Position numbers and translations under genes: made by a program | The notes under the pieces: model-generated | Told to the model about the DNA's origin: nothing | Seen by the model: the letters and a program-made list of their open reading frames with translations, nothing else | Database searches by the model: none | IMG/VR virus record: IMGVR_UViG_3300045988_040880 | Reading direction: 5' to 3' (one strand) | Source: a virus | Length of the DNA: 50,103 nt | Part shown: one piece after another, positions 7,297-16,360 of the stretch | Position numbering within the stretch: the stretch's first letter is position 1 | Layout of the letters: every line of letters begins with the position of its first letter

Positions 7297-7827
7297 ATGG
7301 CAGCATGGGAATATTTTACCAGCCAAAAACAGTGGGAGGCATATCTTAAAGACCTCTTAAAAACAAACGACCAAGCGTTGCTCAAATCTATTGTATTGGT
7401 GTATGATAATCAGACTGATGAGGAAAAGAACAAGGGCGAAAGCATTGAAGATAACTGCATCGGATTCAGTAAGATTGATGCCAAGGAAATGGGTGACATT
7501 GCGAAAAAGATAAAAGCCGGTAAGGCGCTTACAAAAGGTGAACTTGCTAAATCACGCAATAAAATGCAGAAGTATTGGAAGCAGTTGATGATTATCAGCA
7601 AGAAGCAGGCAGAGGCCAAGAAGTTGCAGGAGCAAAAGGAACTTGAAGATAAGCTGGCTGAAGAGGTAGCCGCTATCGAAGAGGAAGATAAGTTAAAGCT
7701 TGAGCAGTTTAGGGAACATAATGAAATACTTAGACGTTGCTCTGAAGAGGGTATAGCTTGTAGTTATGGCATTTGCGATGAATGTCCCATCACTACTGGT
7801 TTTCAAATGAGAATGAACCTCGATTGA
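7297..7827 (+). CDS. Hypothetical coiled-coil protein with C-terminal Cys cluster
   Basis: ORF with a GGAGG RBS. K/E-rich helical region and 'CSYGICDEC'. Confidence 0.55.
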   Translation: MAAWEYFTSQKQWEAYLKDLLKTNDQALLKSIVLVYDNQTDEEKNKGESIEDNCIGFSKIDAKEMGDIAKKIKAGKALTKGELAKSRNKMQKYWKQLMIISKKQAEAKKLQEQKELEDKLAEEVAAIEEEDKLKLEQFREHNEILRRCSEEGIACSYGICDECPITTGFQMRMNLD

Positions 7828-7856
7828 GAGTGTTAAGAATAACGGAGGAAAGAAAG

Positions 7857-8519
7857 ATGAGAAGAACACAAATTGAAAAGCAAAGACGTATTCGTCAAAG
7901 GAATCTGGAGAGGGCAACATGCCAGAATCTTATCTATCACGTCATCATTTGTCTATTCATTATGATGGTTGCTTTGTGTGGTGCAGTTGGTAAGTGTATG
8001 GAAAATCCTGAGGATATTGTTGAATCTCAGCATGAGACCACGAGACCTCAGCCTGTTCCTACAATTCAAGTAGATACTCAAGAGGATGAAGTTAAAGCTG
8101 AGGCAGTCATTCCTATGTGTCCTAAGTTTACATATTCAAAAGACTGGGGCTATGAGGATAGCTACCTGCTGGCAAAGATTGCTATGGCAGAAGCTGAAGG
8201 CTGCAACATTCAGACTAAGACTTTGGTCATTATGACCGTGCTAAATCGTGTATGGTCTGATGAGTTTCCTGATACGATTGAAGATGTTATCTTTCAAGAG
8301 TACAATGGAGTTTATCAGTTCACACCCATTGCAAATGGACGATGGAATAGGGTGGAGCCTAATGATGATTGTTGGGAAGCTGTACAGGTAGTTATGGAAG
8401 CAGTCTATGATTATTCTGGTGGTGCACTCTACTTCGAGTCATGTGCTAATGAAGATAATTGGCATAGCAGGAATCTTGAGTTTCTATACGAATCAGATGG
8501 ATTGAGGTTTTATAAGTAA
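7857..8519 (+). CDS. Membrane-anchored SleB-family cell wall hydrolase
   Basis: ATG 7857 with a GGAGGA RBS. N-terminal hydrophobic segment 'LIYHVIICLFIMMVALCGAV'. 'AKIAMAEAEGC...VIMTVLNRV...VYQFTPIANGRW'. Confidence 0.7.
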   Translation: MRRTQIEKQRRIRQRNLERATCQNLIYHVIICLFIMMVALCGAVGKCMENPEDIVESQHETTRPQPVPTIQVDTQEDEVKAEAVIPMCPKFTYSKDWGYEDSYLLAKIAMAEAEGCNIQTKTLVIMTVLNRVWSDEFPDTIEDVIFQEYNGVYQFTPIANGRWNRVEPNDDCWEAVQVVMEAVYDYSGGALYFESCANEDNWHSRNLEFLYESDGLRFYK

Positions 8520-8788
8520 TGGCTAAATACAATACGTTTGTGGTGTGTGACTGCAGGAGGCGTAAAAACCTCCTCGTCACTTCTTCTGCAAGAAAAGCAA
8601 AAGGTGAGCTATGTACCGGTATAAAGGTTGAGGTATGGAATGAGAACACTCATATTGAGACTGTATACTCAAGAAAAGCCAAAGACCTTGATAAGTATAT
8701 CACTTTGGAAAAGCAATACATAGCTAAAAAGCAAGCAAATGCCCAAAGAAGAAATGAACAAAGAAGGAGAAAGAATCATGGCTTATGA
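8519..8788 (+). CDS. Hypothetical basic protein
   Basis: ORF coupled to the upstream stop (TAATG). Confidence 0.5.
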   Translation: MAKYNTFVVCDCRRRKNLLVTSSARKAKGELCTGIKVEVWNENTHIETVYSRKAKDLDKYITLEKQYIAKKQANAQRRNEQRRRKNHGL

Positions 8789-9332
8789 TATGAAAATTGA
8801 GATTCTTAGACATCCTGAAAAGGAAGACTGGGAACGTTGCAAAATGCTGGCACTTAACACTGTCGGTAAGAAGTATGCCGGAACAGAGATAACGGATAAT
8901 TGGAAGCATCAGATTCTGAAAGCTGAGCATTCGCCTATCAGGACTTTGATGTTTACTATTCGACTGACTATCCCATATTTTGTGTCAGTTCATCTGGTTC
9001 GTCATAAGATTGGTATTGAGCATTATGTTCAGTCCCAGCGTAACGATAGGCAGACAAACTATGACAGAGAGCTTGCACCTCAGAATGCTATGGTCAGCCA
9101 TATTATTGAAGTAAATGCAGAACAGCTTATGTTCATGGCAAGACGCAGACTGTGTGGTCAGGCTGATGCTACTACACGATTTGTGATGACTCATATCTGC
9201 ATTGAGGTATGTAAGACGAATCCTGAGTTTAAGGACTTCCTTAAGCCTATGTGTGAGTATAGAGGTGGTTGCCCTGAATTTAAGCCTTGCGGATATTGGG
9301 AGGCAAATCATCATGATGTACAAACAGATTGA
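8778..9332 (+). CDS. ThyX-like (flavin-dependent thymidylate synthase family) protein, short and divergent
   Basis: ATG 8778 with an AAGGAGA RBS. 'EHSPIRTLMFTIRL' and 'HLVRHKIGIEHYVQSQR' resemble the ThyX RHR...SxR signature. Confidence 0.5.
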   Translation: MAYDMKIEILRHPEKEDWERCKMLALNTVGKKYAGTEITDNWKHQILKAEHSPIRTLMFTIRLTIPYFVSVHLVRHKIGIEHYVQSQRNDRQTNYDRELAPQNAMVSHIIEVNAEQLMFMARRRLCGQADATTRFVMTHICIEVCKTNPEFKDFLKPMCEYRGGCPEFKPCGYWEANHHDVQTD

Positions 9333-9561
9333 GTGTCCTACATGTGGTAATGTAACGACAGCTAAGTCAATTCACGAACCTCAGAAATGCCAGTGGTGTA
9401 GAAGGTTGTTCAAGGTAACAATCACCAAAAGGAATACCAATGGTAAGAAAAGCAAGTTCAGTTGGTCTGCTGAGCCTGTTGATTTTGAGGAAGACAATCA
9501 ACCAAGACCAAGAATCCGAAGCCTGTCTGATTACAGGAATGAGGATATTTACGGTAAGTAA
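9313..9561 (+). CDS. Zinc-ribbon protein
   Basis: ATG 9313 with a GGGAGG RBS. 'CPTCGN...CQWC'. Confidence 0.55.
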   Translation: MMYKQIECPTCGNVTTAKSIHEPQKCQWCRRLFKVTITKRNTNGKKSKFSWSAEPVDFEEDNQPRPRIRSLSDYRNEDIYGK

Positions 9562-9571
9562 TTAAATAATC

Positions 9572-9672
9572 CCAGGATTAACCAGATTGACTCCAGATTG
9601 ATTCTTTGGTAATTACAATATAAATCATATAAATCAAAATGGATAAATCCAGGGACATCCTGGGACTTCTGA
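9572..9672. repeat. Composite element B: phased CCAGA array, AT-rich core, inverted array
   Basis: CCAGG/CCAGA at 9572, 9582, 9593. Core has tataaatcatataaatc. TCCAGG/CCTGG/TCTGA at 9648, 9659, 9668. Confidence 0.8.
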
Positions 9673-9748
9673 AGATAATTCCTTATGCCATCAGTTTGAT
9701 ACTGTCAAAAATAATTTGCAAAAACTTCAAAAACTTTTAAGAAAAGGG

Positions 9749-9777
9749 TGTACAAACCCAAAAGTTTGTGGTATAAT
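9749..9777 (+). promoter_or_regulatory. Promoter P3: TGTACA-N17-TATAAT
   Basis: TGTACA at 9749-9754 and TGGTATAAT ending at 9777. A-tract repeats upstream. Confidence 0.8.
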
Positions 9778-9847
9778 ATAATCAAGGTTAAGGAATGAAC
9801 CTAACCGCAAACTAAAAATCAAATTAAAAGTTCAGGAGGACAAAGTG

Positions 9848-10339
9848 ATGAAGAAAATCAATGAAATGAGTGTTAAGGAATTACGTGAGGTTGCTAAGGA
9901 AATGAATATTGCTGGTCGTTGGGATATGACTAAGGCACAACTCACTGAGGCAATCGAGAAAATTGAGAATGAGAGAAAGGCTGCAAAGCAGGTTAAGAAG
10001 GAAGCCAAAGAATCCAAGAAGGAAAAGGCAATGCGTATTCAGAGAGCATTCGTTGAGGTTGGTGAAACTCGTAAGGAAGCTTACAGATACATCACCATCA
10101 CAGTTAAGAATGTTGAGGAATCCAAAGCTGCTGAGTACATTGATTCTGTATGTGCTAAGATGCAGGAAATGGATGAAGAGTTTGGTGCTGAATATACTGC
10201 ATTGAGATGTCCTGATATTGATGAGGCAACTAAGTCTTATACAGACATGATTAGCTTCACAAAAGCTGCAGGTAAGATTGCAGTTCAGAGACAGTATGTT
10301 GGCAAACTGATGACCAAAGCTATGGCGGCATTAAAATAA
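9848..10339 (+). CDS. Protein with N-terminal Rho_N/HeH-like domain
   Basis: 'MSVKELREVAKEMNIAGRWDMTKAQLTEAI', a paralogous N-terminus to CDS 35310. AGGAGGA RBS. Confidence 0.55.
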   Translation: MKKINEMSVKELREVAKEMNIAGRWDMTKAQLTEAIEKIENERKAAKQVKKEAKESKKEKAMRIQRAFVEVGETRKEAYRYITITVKNVEESKAAEYIDSVCAKMQEMDEEFGAEYTALRCPDIDEATKSYTDMISFTKAAGKIAVQRQYVGKLMTKAMAALK

Positions 10340-10377
10340 GGTAAAGCGTAAGCAAACCAAATTGTTATAGAGGAACG

Positions 10378-10413
10378 AGCTTGGATGAGATACTCCAGGC
10401 TTTGTTCTATTTT
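10378..10413 (+). terminator. Intrinsic terminator candidate
   Basis: 8-bp stem between 10378-10385 and 10394-10401 (one G-U pair), followed by ttgttctatttt. Confidence 0.55.
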
Positions 10414-10436
10414 GGAGGAAAGGAGAACACAATCAA

Positions 10437-11156
10437 ATGGCGTCAGAAAAGAAAACTAAAAATGAGTGCATCGCCACTGAGTGGTTGGAAGAAGACAATC
10501 TGATGCTGATTGAGTGCTGGGCAAGAGACGGATATACTTTCCAGGATATTGCAAACAGAATCGGCATTGCGGTATCTACTCTTCGTGGTTGGAGAGCTCA
10601 ATATCCAGAGTTTGATGAGGCCCTTAAGAGAGGCCGAGAGATAATTGACTATAAAGTAGAAAATGCATTGCTTAAGTCTGCTTTAGGGTATAAAACAAAA
10701 GAGGTAAAGGTCACTACTACAATGCGTTATGGTAAGGTAGTTGAAACAGTTAAAGAGGTGACCGATAGAGAACAAGCACCTAACGTATCAGCTATTCAGT
10801 GTTGGTTGTATAACAGACTTCCTAATAAATGGAAGAAGAATAGAGACAACCTCATTGAGCTTGATGAAGAAGACACAAAGATTCAGGTGACAGTAACGAG
10901 AGCAAGTCAGTCGACTAAGCCAAATGCTCAGCATGATGATACAGTAGATGAAGAGTGGCAAGATGAAGTAAATCAGTCGATTGAAATTAGAAGTATGACA
11001 GAGGAAGAGCAAGCTGAAGCTGCCAAGAAAAAGGCTAAAGCTAAGAGTGAGAGCTCTCAAAAGCTATCGACTAAAGTGGAGTCTGAAGCAAACGATGAGG
11101 ACCTGGATTATTGGCCTGATGATTGGGAAGACGAAGATGAAGAATGGGAGGACTAA
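10437..11156 (+). CDS. terS: Terminase small subunit
   Basis: N-terminal HTH-like 'YTFQDIANRIGIAVSTLRGWRAQYPEFDEALKRGRE'. Located directly upstream of terL. Confidence 0.75.
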   Translation: MASEKKTKNECIATEWLEEDNLMLIECWARDGYTFQDIANRIGIAVSTLRGWRAQYPEFDEALKRGREIIDYKVENALLKSALGYKTKEVKVTTTMRYGKVVETVKEVTDREQAPNVSAIQCWLYNRLPNKWKKNRDNLIELDEEDTKIQVTVTRASQSTKPNAQHDDTVDEEWQDEVNQSIEIRSMTEEEQAEAAKKKAKAKSESSQKLSTKVESEANDEDLDYWPDDWEDEDEEWED

Positions 11157-11159
11157 GCT

Positions 11160-12524
11160 ATGAAGATTACAAAAGCAGTCAGCCCGGCATTCGAGGACTT
11201 TCTATTTGATTGGGACTATGAGAGATACTTACTAATTGGTGGGTATGGTTCAGGTAAGTCGTATCACATTGCATTCAAGATAATCATAAAGCTCTTAGAG
11301 GAGAAGAGAAAAGCATTGGTCATTAGAGAGGTGTTTGACACTATTCAGGAATCTTGCTATGACTTGATTGCAGAGATACTTGATGATATGGGTTTATTGA
11401 CTACTGACCCTAAAGAGTTCAAGCAAAGGCAAAACAAAGTCTTGGCACTTAAGAGCCCACTAAGGTTCAGGTTTAAGAATGGCAGTCAGATAATCTTTAA
11501 GGGAATGGACAAGCCTGAAAAGGTAAAGTCTATCAATGGTGTTTCTATTGTCTGGTTGGAAGAGTGTTCTGAGATTAAGTATGAAGGTTACAAAGAGTTG
11601 CTTGGTCGTATTCGTACACCAAACGTAAGTATGCACTTCATCTTAAGCTGCAACCCTATCGGAAGAGACAATTGGGTGTATAGACATTTCTTTGTAAGAC
11701 TGGATGATGAAGGCCAAGAACATGTAATGGTCGATGAGAAGAAGTTCTATGAGAAGAGATGCATAATCCATAATGGTACATACTTCCACCATAGTACACC
11801 GGATGACAATCCTTGGTTGCCTTGGCAATATCTTAAGAGACTTGACCAGCTCAAGGACTATGACTATCCTTTGTATATGGTTGCTCGTTGGGGAAGATTT
11901 GGTGCTACTGGTACGAGAGTGCTGCCTCAGTTCTTGGTGGCTCATGATAAGGGCAAGTTCAAAGCAGCTATTGCTAAGCTTGGTCCTGAGAATCAGTACT
12001 TTGGATTTGACTTTGGTTTTGAGGAATCTTTCAATGCTGTTGTGTGTATGAGTGTAGACTTGAAAAACTCCGTGCTTTATGTATGGGATGAAATCTACAT
12101 GAACCATGTGACAGATGATGTGTTTGCTAATCAGCCAGAGATGCAAGCTCTAAGGAGACGATTGAATGACCTGAATAATGCAGGTTATGCTAAAACGATT
12201 GTGGCAGATAATGAGGACCCGAAAGCAATCACTTACTACAGACAGAATGGATTTAGGATTCGTGGTTGTAGGAATAAGTTTGCAGGTTCGAGATTGTCTA
12301 ATACTCGTAAGGTAAAACGATTCAGAAAGATTGTGGTCAGCCCTAAATGCAAGAACGTTATTCGTGAGCTTAAGGACTTGACTTACAAAAAAGATGCAAA
12401 AGGTAATGTGATTTATGACCAGTTCAATATTGACCCTCACAGCTTCTCAGCTATTTGGTATGCACTTGATACTGTGACAGTTGCTGATGTTAAGCAGAAG
12501 GACTTCAATAGTAAGGCTGGTTGA
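11160..12524 (+). CDS. terL: Terminase large subunit
   Basis: Walker A 'GGYGSGKSY', 'VWLEECSE' Walker B, and a C-terminal nuclease-like region. Typical size and position. Confidence 0.85.
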   Translation: MKITKAVSPAFEDFLFDWDYERYLLIGGYGSGKSYHIAFKIIIKLLEEKRKALVIREVFDTIQESCYDLIAEILDDMGLLTTDPKEFKQRQNKVLALKSPLRFRFKNGSQIIFKGMDKPEKVKSINGVSIVWLEECSEIKYEGYKELLGRIRTPNVSMHFILSCNPIGRDNWVYRHFFVRLDDEGQEHVMVDEKKFYEKRCIIHNGTYFHHSTPDDNPWLPWQYLKRLDQLKDYDYPLYMVARWGRFGATGTRVLPQFLVAHDKGKFKAAIAKLGPENQYFGFDFGFEESFNAVVCMSVDLKNSVLYVWDEIYMNHVTDDVFANQPEMQALRRRLNDLNNAGYAKTIVADNEDPKAITYYRQNGFRIRGCRNKFAGSRLSNTRKVKRFRKIVVSPKCKNVIRELKDLTYKKDAKGNVIYDQFNIDPHSFSAIWYALDTVTVADVKQKDFNSKAG

Positions 12525-12535
12525 TGGAGGTGCTT

Positions 12536-12856
12536 ATGACAGTTCGAAGGAGACGAGAACGAAAGAGCATCTTCAAGAGAGTAAAGGAATGGATTGGCAA
12601 AATAGGTACATTGAATATCGTGCTTATTTGTGTCGGATTGTTCTTTGTCTGGTTTAACTACCAGATGTTGGAGATGTTCAAGCTTTGTGGTGCTATTCCT
12701 GAGACTTATGCATGTGCAGTCATTGCAGCTACTATTGGTGAGTGTGGAATCTGTGGATGGATAAGGACGAACAAGGATAAGAAAACACAAAGGGAATGGG
12801 ATAAAGAGGACCAAAAGGAAAGGGAATCAAATAACGAGGAAGGAGGAAAAGGATAA
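12536..12856 (+). CDS. Small membrane protein (start uncertain, 12524 or 12536)
   Basis: Two hydrophobic segments and a charged C-terminus. GGAGG at 12526-12530. Confidence 0.5.
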   Translation: MTVRRRRERKSIFKRVKEWIGKIGTLNIVLICVGLFFVWFNYQMLEMFKLCGAIPETYACAVIAATIGECGICGWIRTNKDKKTQREWDKEDQKERESNNEEGGKG

Positions 12857-13167
12857 TGACTATCGAGATTTTTCTGATGATGCTGCTTGCATGTTCTATT
12901 CTGACTACGCTCACTGTGGAAGCAATCAAGAAGATGTTTACCAATGGTGAGGCAAGAAAGGCGAACATTGTGGCTGCTGTGGTAGCTATCGTTCTGGCAG
13001 TTGCTATTGCCATTATTTATGCTATCATGTTTACTGTGACTGTGAATGCTCAGTACATCGTGATGATTATTGCTCTATGTTTCTTGTCTTGGCTGTGTGC
13101 TATGGTTGGCTATGACAAGATTGTTCAGGCGATTGCCCAGATTACAGGTAAGAACAAGGAGGGCTAA
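12856..13167 (+). CDS. Holin-like membrane protein
   Basis: 103 aa with three hydrophobic segments, immediately upstream of the endolysin. Confidence 0.6.
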   Translation: MTIEIFLMMLLACSILTTLTVEAIKKMFTNGEARKANIVAAVVAIVLAVAIAIIYAIMFTVTVNAQYIVMIIALCFLSWLCAMVGYDKIVQAIAQITGKNKEG

Positions 13168-13170
13168 GTC

Positions 13171-14727
13171 ATGTCAGCTGAGAGCATTTACAAGCAACTA
13201 AAGCAAGCTATTGGCAATGACTTTGGTGTGTTTGGTCTTATGGGTAACCTGAAGGCTGAATCGAATCTGCAAGCCAATAATCTTCAGAATACATATTCTA
13301 AGAAGTTTGGTATGACGGATGCTGAATACACTAAAGCTGTTGATGATGGTAGCTATACAAACTTCGTAAGAGACAGTGCTGGCTACGGCTTGGCACAATG
13401 GACATATTGGTCACGAAAGCAGAACTTGCTTAAGTATAAGGAAGCTTATGGTAGCTCAATCGGTGATGAGACAATGCAGGTTGCATTCATGATTGGTGAG
13501 CTTATGGCAAGTTATCCTACTGTGTGGAATGTGCTTAAGAATGCTAAGTCTGTTAGAGAAGCATCTGATGTGGTGCTTACTCAGTATGAGAGACCTGCTG
13601 ACCAGTCCGAATCCGTTAAGGTTAAACGAGCTGCTTTTGGTGAAGAGCTTATGAAGCAGTTGGTTGGTACCACAACTACCGAGGGAAAGGAGGAAACGAA
13701 AGTGGGATTTACGAATAGTCCTTTGGTAGGCTACACGAACATTAGTTCTAAAAAGACTAAAAATCGTAAGTACGATATTACACGAATCACTCCTCACTGT
13801 ATCGTTGGTCTTTGGACTGCGAAAAAGGGATGTGATTACTTTGCAACTACTGACCGTGATTGCTCGGCCAACTATGTGGTTGGTTCTGATGGTGTCATTG
13901 GTCTGAGTGTTGATGAGAAGGACAGAAGCTGGTGCAGTTCTAATGCCGATAACGACAATAGAGCGATTACCATTGAATGTGCTTCTGATGCAAGTCACCC
14001 TTACGCATTTCCTACTATCACTTACAACAAGCTCATTGACTTGTGTGAGGACATCTGTAGGAGATATGGTAAGACCAAGTTGCTTTGGTTTGGTGACAAG
14101 AATAAGTCTCTCAATTACAAGCCGGCTGCCAATGAGATGGTGCTTACTGTGCATCGTTGGTTTGCAGCTAAGAGTTGCCCTGGTGACTGGATGTATGAGA
14201 GAATGGATGACCTTGCAAATGAGGTAACCAAGAGACTTGGTGGTGCAGTTGCTACTAAGCCTGAGGAAAAGGAAGAGCCGAAGGTTGAGCCTACTACAAC
14301 TTCTATCAAGGAAGGTGATATAGTTAAGATTAAGTCTGGTGCTACTTACTACTCTGGCAAAGCAGTTCCTACATGGGTAAGGAATAAGCAGTGGATTGTC
14401 AAGGAAGTTTCTGGTAACAGAGTCGTGATTGATAAGTCTACTGATGGTAAGAACTCCATCTGCAGTCCTGTTCATGCAGACTACTTGACTGTGGTTAAGA
14501 CTACAGCTACCAAGGAACCTGAAACATTCAAACCCTACACTGTAAGGGTTAAGATTAAGGACCTCTACATTAGAAAGGGTCCTGGCACTAACTACGGAAA
14601 GAATGGATTCATTCCTGTTGGTGTTTACACTATCGTTGCAGAGTCCAGTGGAGCTGGTGCTTCTAAGTGGGGCAAGCTCAAGTCTGGCGCAGGCTGGATT
14701 AGTTTGGATTATGTAACGAAAATCTAA
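13171..14727 (+). CDS. Multidomain endolysin: lysozyme-like N-terminal domain, N-acetylmuramoyl-L-alanine amidase domain, and SH3-like repeats
   Basis: 'GLMGNLKAESNL...GYGLAQWTYWSRK'. Amidase_2-like 'ANYVVGSDG...RSWCSSNADNDNRAITIECASD'. Two C-terminal 'G...Y' SH3-like repeats. Confidence 0.8.
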   Translation: MSAESIYKQLKQAIGNDFGVFGLMGNLKAESNLQANNLQNTYSKKFGMTDAEYTKAVDDGSYTNFVRDSAGYGLAQWTYWSRKQNLLKYKEAYGSSIGDETMQVAFMIGELMASYPTVWNVLKNAKSVREASDVVLTQYERPADQSESVKVKRAAFGEELMKQLVGTTTTEGKEETKVGFTNSPLVGYTNISSKKTKNRKYDITRITPHCIVGLWTAKKGCDYFATTDRDCSANYVVGSDGVIGLSVDEKDRSWCSSNADNDNRAITIECASDASHPYAFPTITYNKLIDLCEDICRRYGKTKLLWFGDKNKSLNYKPAANEMVLTVHRWFAAKSCPGDWMYERMDDLANEVTKRLGGAVATKPEEKEEPKVEPTTTSIKEGDIVKIKSGATYYSGKAVPTWVRNKQWIVKEVSGNRVVIDKSTDGKNSICSPVHADYLTVVKTTATKEPETFKPYTVRVKIKDLYIRKGPGTNYGKNGFIPVGVYTIVAESSGAGASKWGKLKSGAGWISLDYVTKI

Positions 14728-14741
14728 GGAGGTAATGGAAG

Positions 14742-16343
14742 ATGGCTAGTGAAGAGGCTAAGGTCCAAGCGGCCGAAAACAGTACAGAAATCTTGACTGC
14801 TTTCAACCGTATTCCTTATGCATTGATAAATGCAGAAATCACCGGTGGTGCCAAGGACACTTTGGACGAGCTGACTGAAATCTGTAAATACTATAAGGTG
14901 TATAAGAAAGGTGCAAGCTTTACGGTAGAGGGAACAAATGGTGACTATGTACCTGCCAAGCTTAATTATAAGATGGCTGCTTCCCTCATCAACAAGGAAG
15001 CGAGATTCCTCTTTGCTGAGCCACCTGATATTACGGTTGAGCCTAAGGGCGATGTCGGTAAGATTACTGAAGATGCAAAGAATGCATTGACTGTCATGAA
15101 TGACTTGGTCAAAACGATTTTGGATGCCAATAAGTTTGAGGAAGCCCTGATTAAGGCTGCAAAAGACTGTTTCATTGGTAAGCGAGTTGCCGGTTTGGTA
15201 AACTTCAATGAGGATGATGGTGTAACAATCACCTTCCTTCCTTCTACGCAGTTTATCTATGAGACACGAGTTGGTAACCCGAATATCGTAACCAAGTTTG
15301 TGTGTTTTATCATTGTAAAGAATTCAATCACATTGAGTGAGAAGCGAATTTTCAAAAAGAAGTTCGAGCTTGTTACCGATGAAGATGGCAACGATGTTGT
15401 TTATCTTGAGGAAGCTCTTTATGATGGTGCCGGCAAGGAATTGGAGATTGTTACTGAATATCAGGAAACTCTGATGCCTATGATTCCGGTAAGTATTTTC
15501 ATCAACGATGGTTTGACCGGTGAGGATTCCGGTGAATCTGAAATTGACTTGCTTTCGGACTATGAGTCTTGGTACTCTAAGTTGTCCAATGCAGATATTG
15601 ATGCCGAACGTAAGTCTATGAATCCTACCAAGTATGTGGTGGATATGGAGGCAAACTCCACTAAGAAGCTTTCCACTGCTGCTGGTGCTCTGTGGGACCT
15701 TGGTTCTGACCAGAACTTGGACAAGCCTAATCCGCAGGTTGGTATCTTGGAACCGGGTATGAATTACAGTGATGCATTGAAAACTTCCCTTGATAGAATC
15801 AAGACTGTTGGTTATGAGCAGGTTGATATGCCGAACATCACACTTGAGTCTATGCAGGGAGCAATTACCTCTGGTAAAGCTCTCAAAGCTATCTACTGGC
15901 CGTTGATTGTAAGGTGTAAAGAGAAGATGAAGATGTGGGGGCCTCAGCTCAGACAGATGATTCACATCATTTTGCAGGGTGCAATGGTTTATCCTAACTG
16001 CATTACTCAGTACACAAATCATACGGTCACAGCTGTGGACTATGAAATCAAGGTTGAGCAGAATACTCCGCTGCCTGAGGATGAAATCGAAGAGAAGAAT
16101 ATGGACTTGTCTGAGGTTGAATCCAAGACTATGAGCCGCAAAGCTTATATGAAGAAGTGGAGAGGTTTGACTGATGATGAGGTTCAGGAAGAGCTTGAAC
16201 AGATTGCTTTGGAACGTCAGATGATTGAGGACAGTTCATTCAGTCCTGTTGGTGGTTCTGACAATGAGCCTTATCCTTCTGGTGGTAAGAATCCGGAAGA
16301 AGAGGTTGAGGACATCGAAGAAATCGATATGACCGAAGAATAA
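14742..16343 (+). CDS. Portal protein (SPP1 gp6-like)
   Basis: 533 aa with an acidic C-terminus. Position upstream of the MuF-like head protein. Confidence 0.7.
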   Translation: MASEEAKVQAAENSTEILTAFNRIPYALINAEITGGAKDTLDELTEICKYYKVYKKGASFTVEGTNGDYVPAKLNYKMAASLINKEARFLFAEPPDITVEPKGDVGKITEDAKNALTVMNDLVKTILDANKFEEALIKAAKDCFIGKRVAGLVNFNEDDGVTITFLPSTQFIYETRVGNPNIVTKFVCFIIVKNSITLSEKRIFKKKFELVTDEDGNDVVYLEEALYDGAGKELEIVTEYQETLMPMIPVSIFINDGLTGEDSGESEIDLLSDYESWYSKLSNADIDAERKSMNPTKYVVDMEANSTKKLSTAAGALWDLGSDQNLDKPNPQVGILEPGMNYSDALKTSLDRIKTVGYEQVDMPNITLESMQGAITSGKALKAIYWPLIVRCKEKMKMWGPQLRQMIHIILQGAMVYPNCITQYTNHTVTAVDYEIKVEQNTPLPEDEIEEKNMDLSEVESKTMSRKAYMKKWRGLTDDEVQEELEQIALERQMIEDSSFSPVGGSDNEPYPSGGKNPEEEVEDIEEIDMTEE

Positions 16344-16360
16344 GAAAGGAGGATGCCATA

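Noticed and set aside
10437-11156. HTH-containing protein considered as a repressor or lysogeny regulator
   Set aside because: Its position directly upstream of terL and its typical N-terminal HTH fit a small terminase subunit. No integrase, excisionase or divergent repressor/cro pair exists anywhere in the window.
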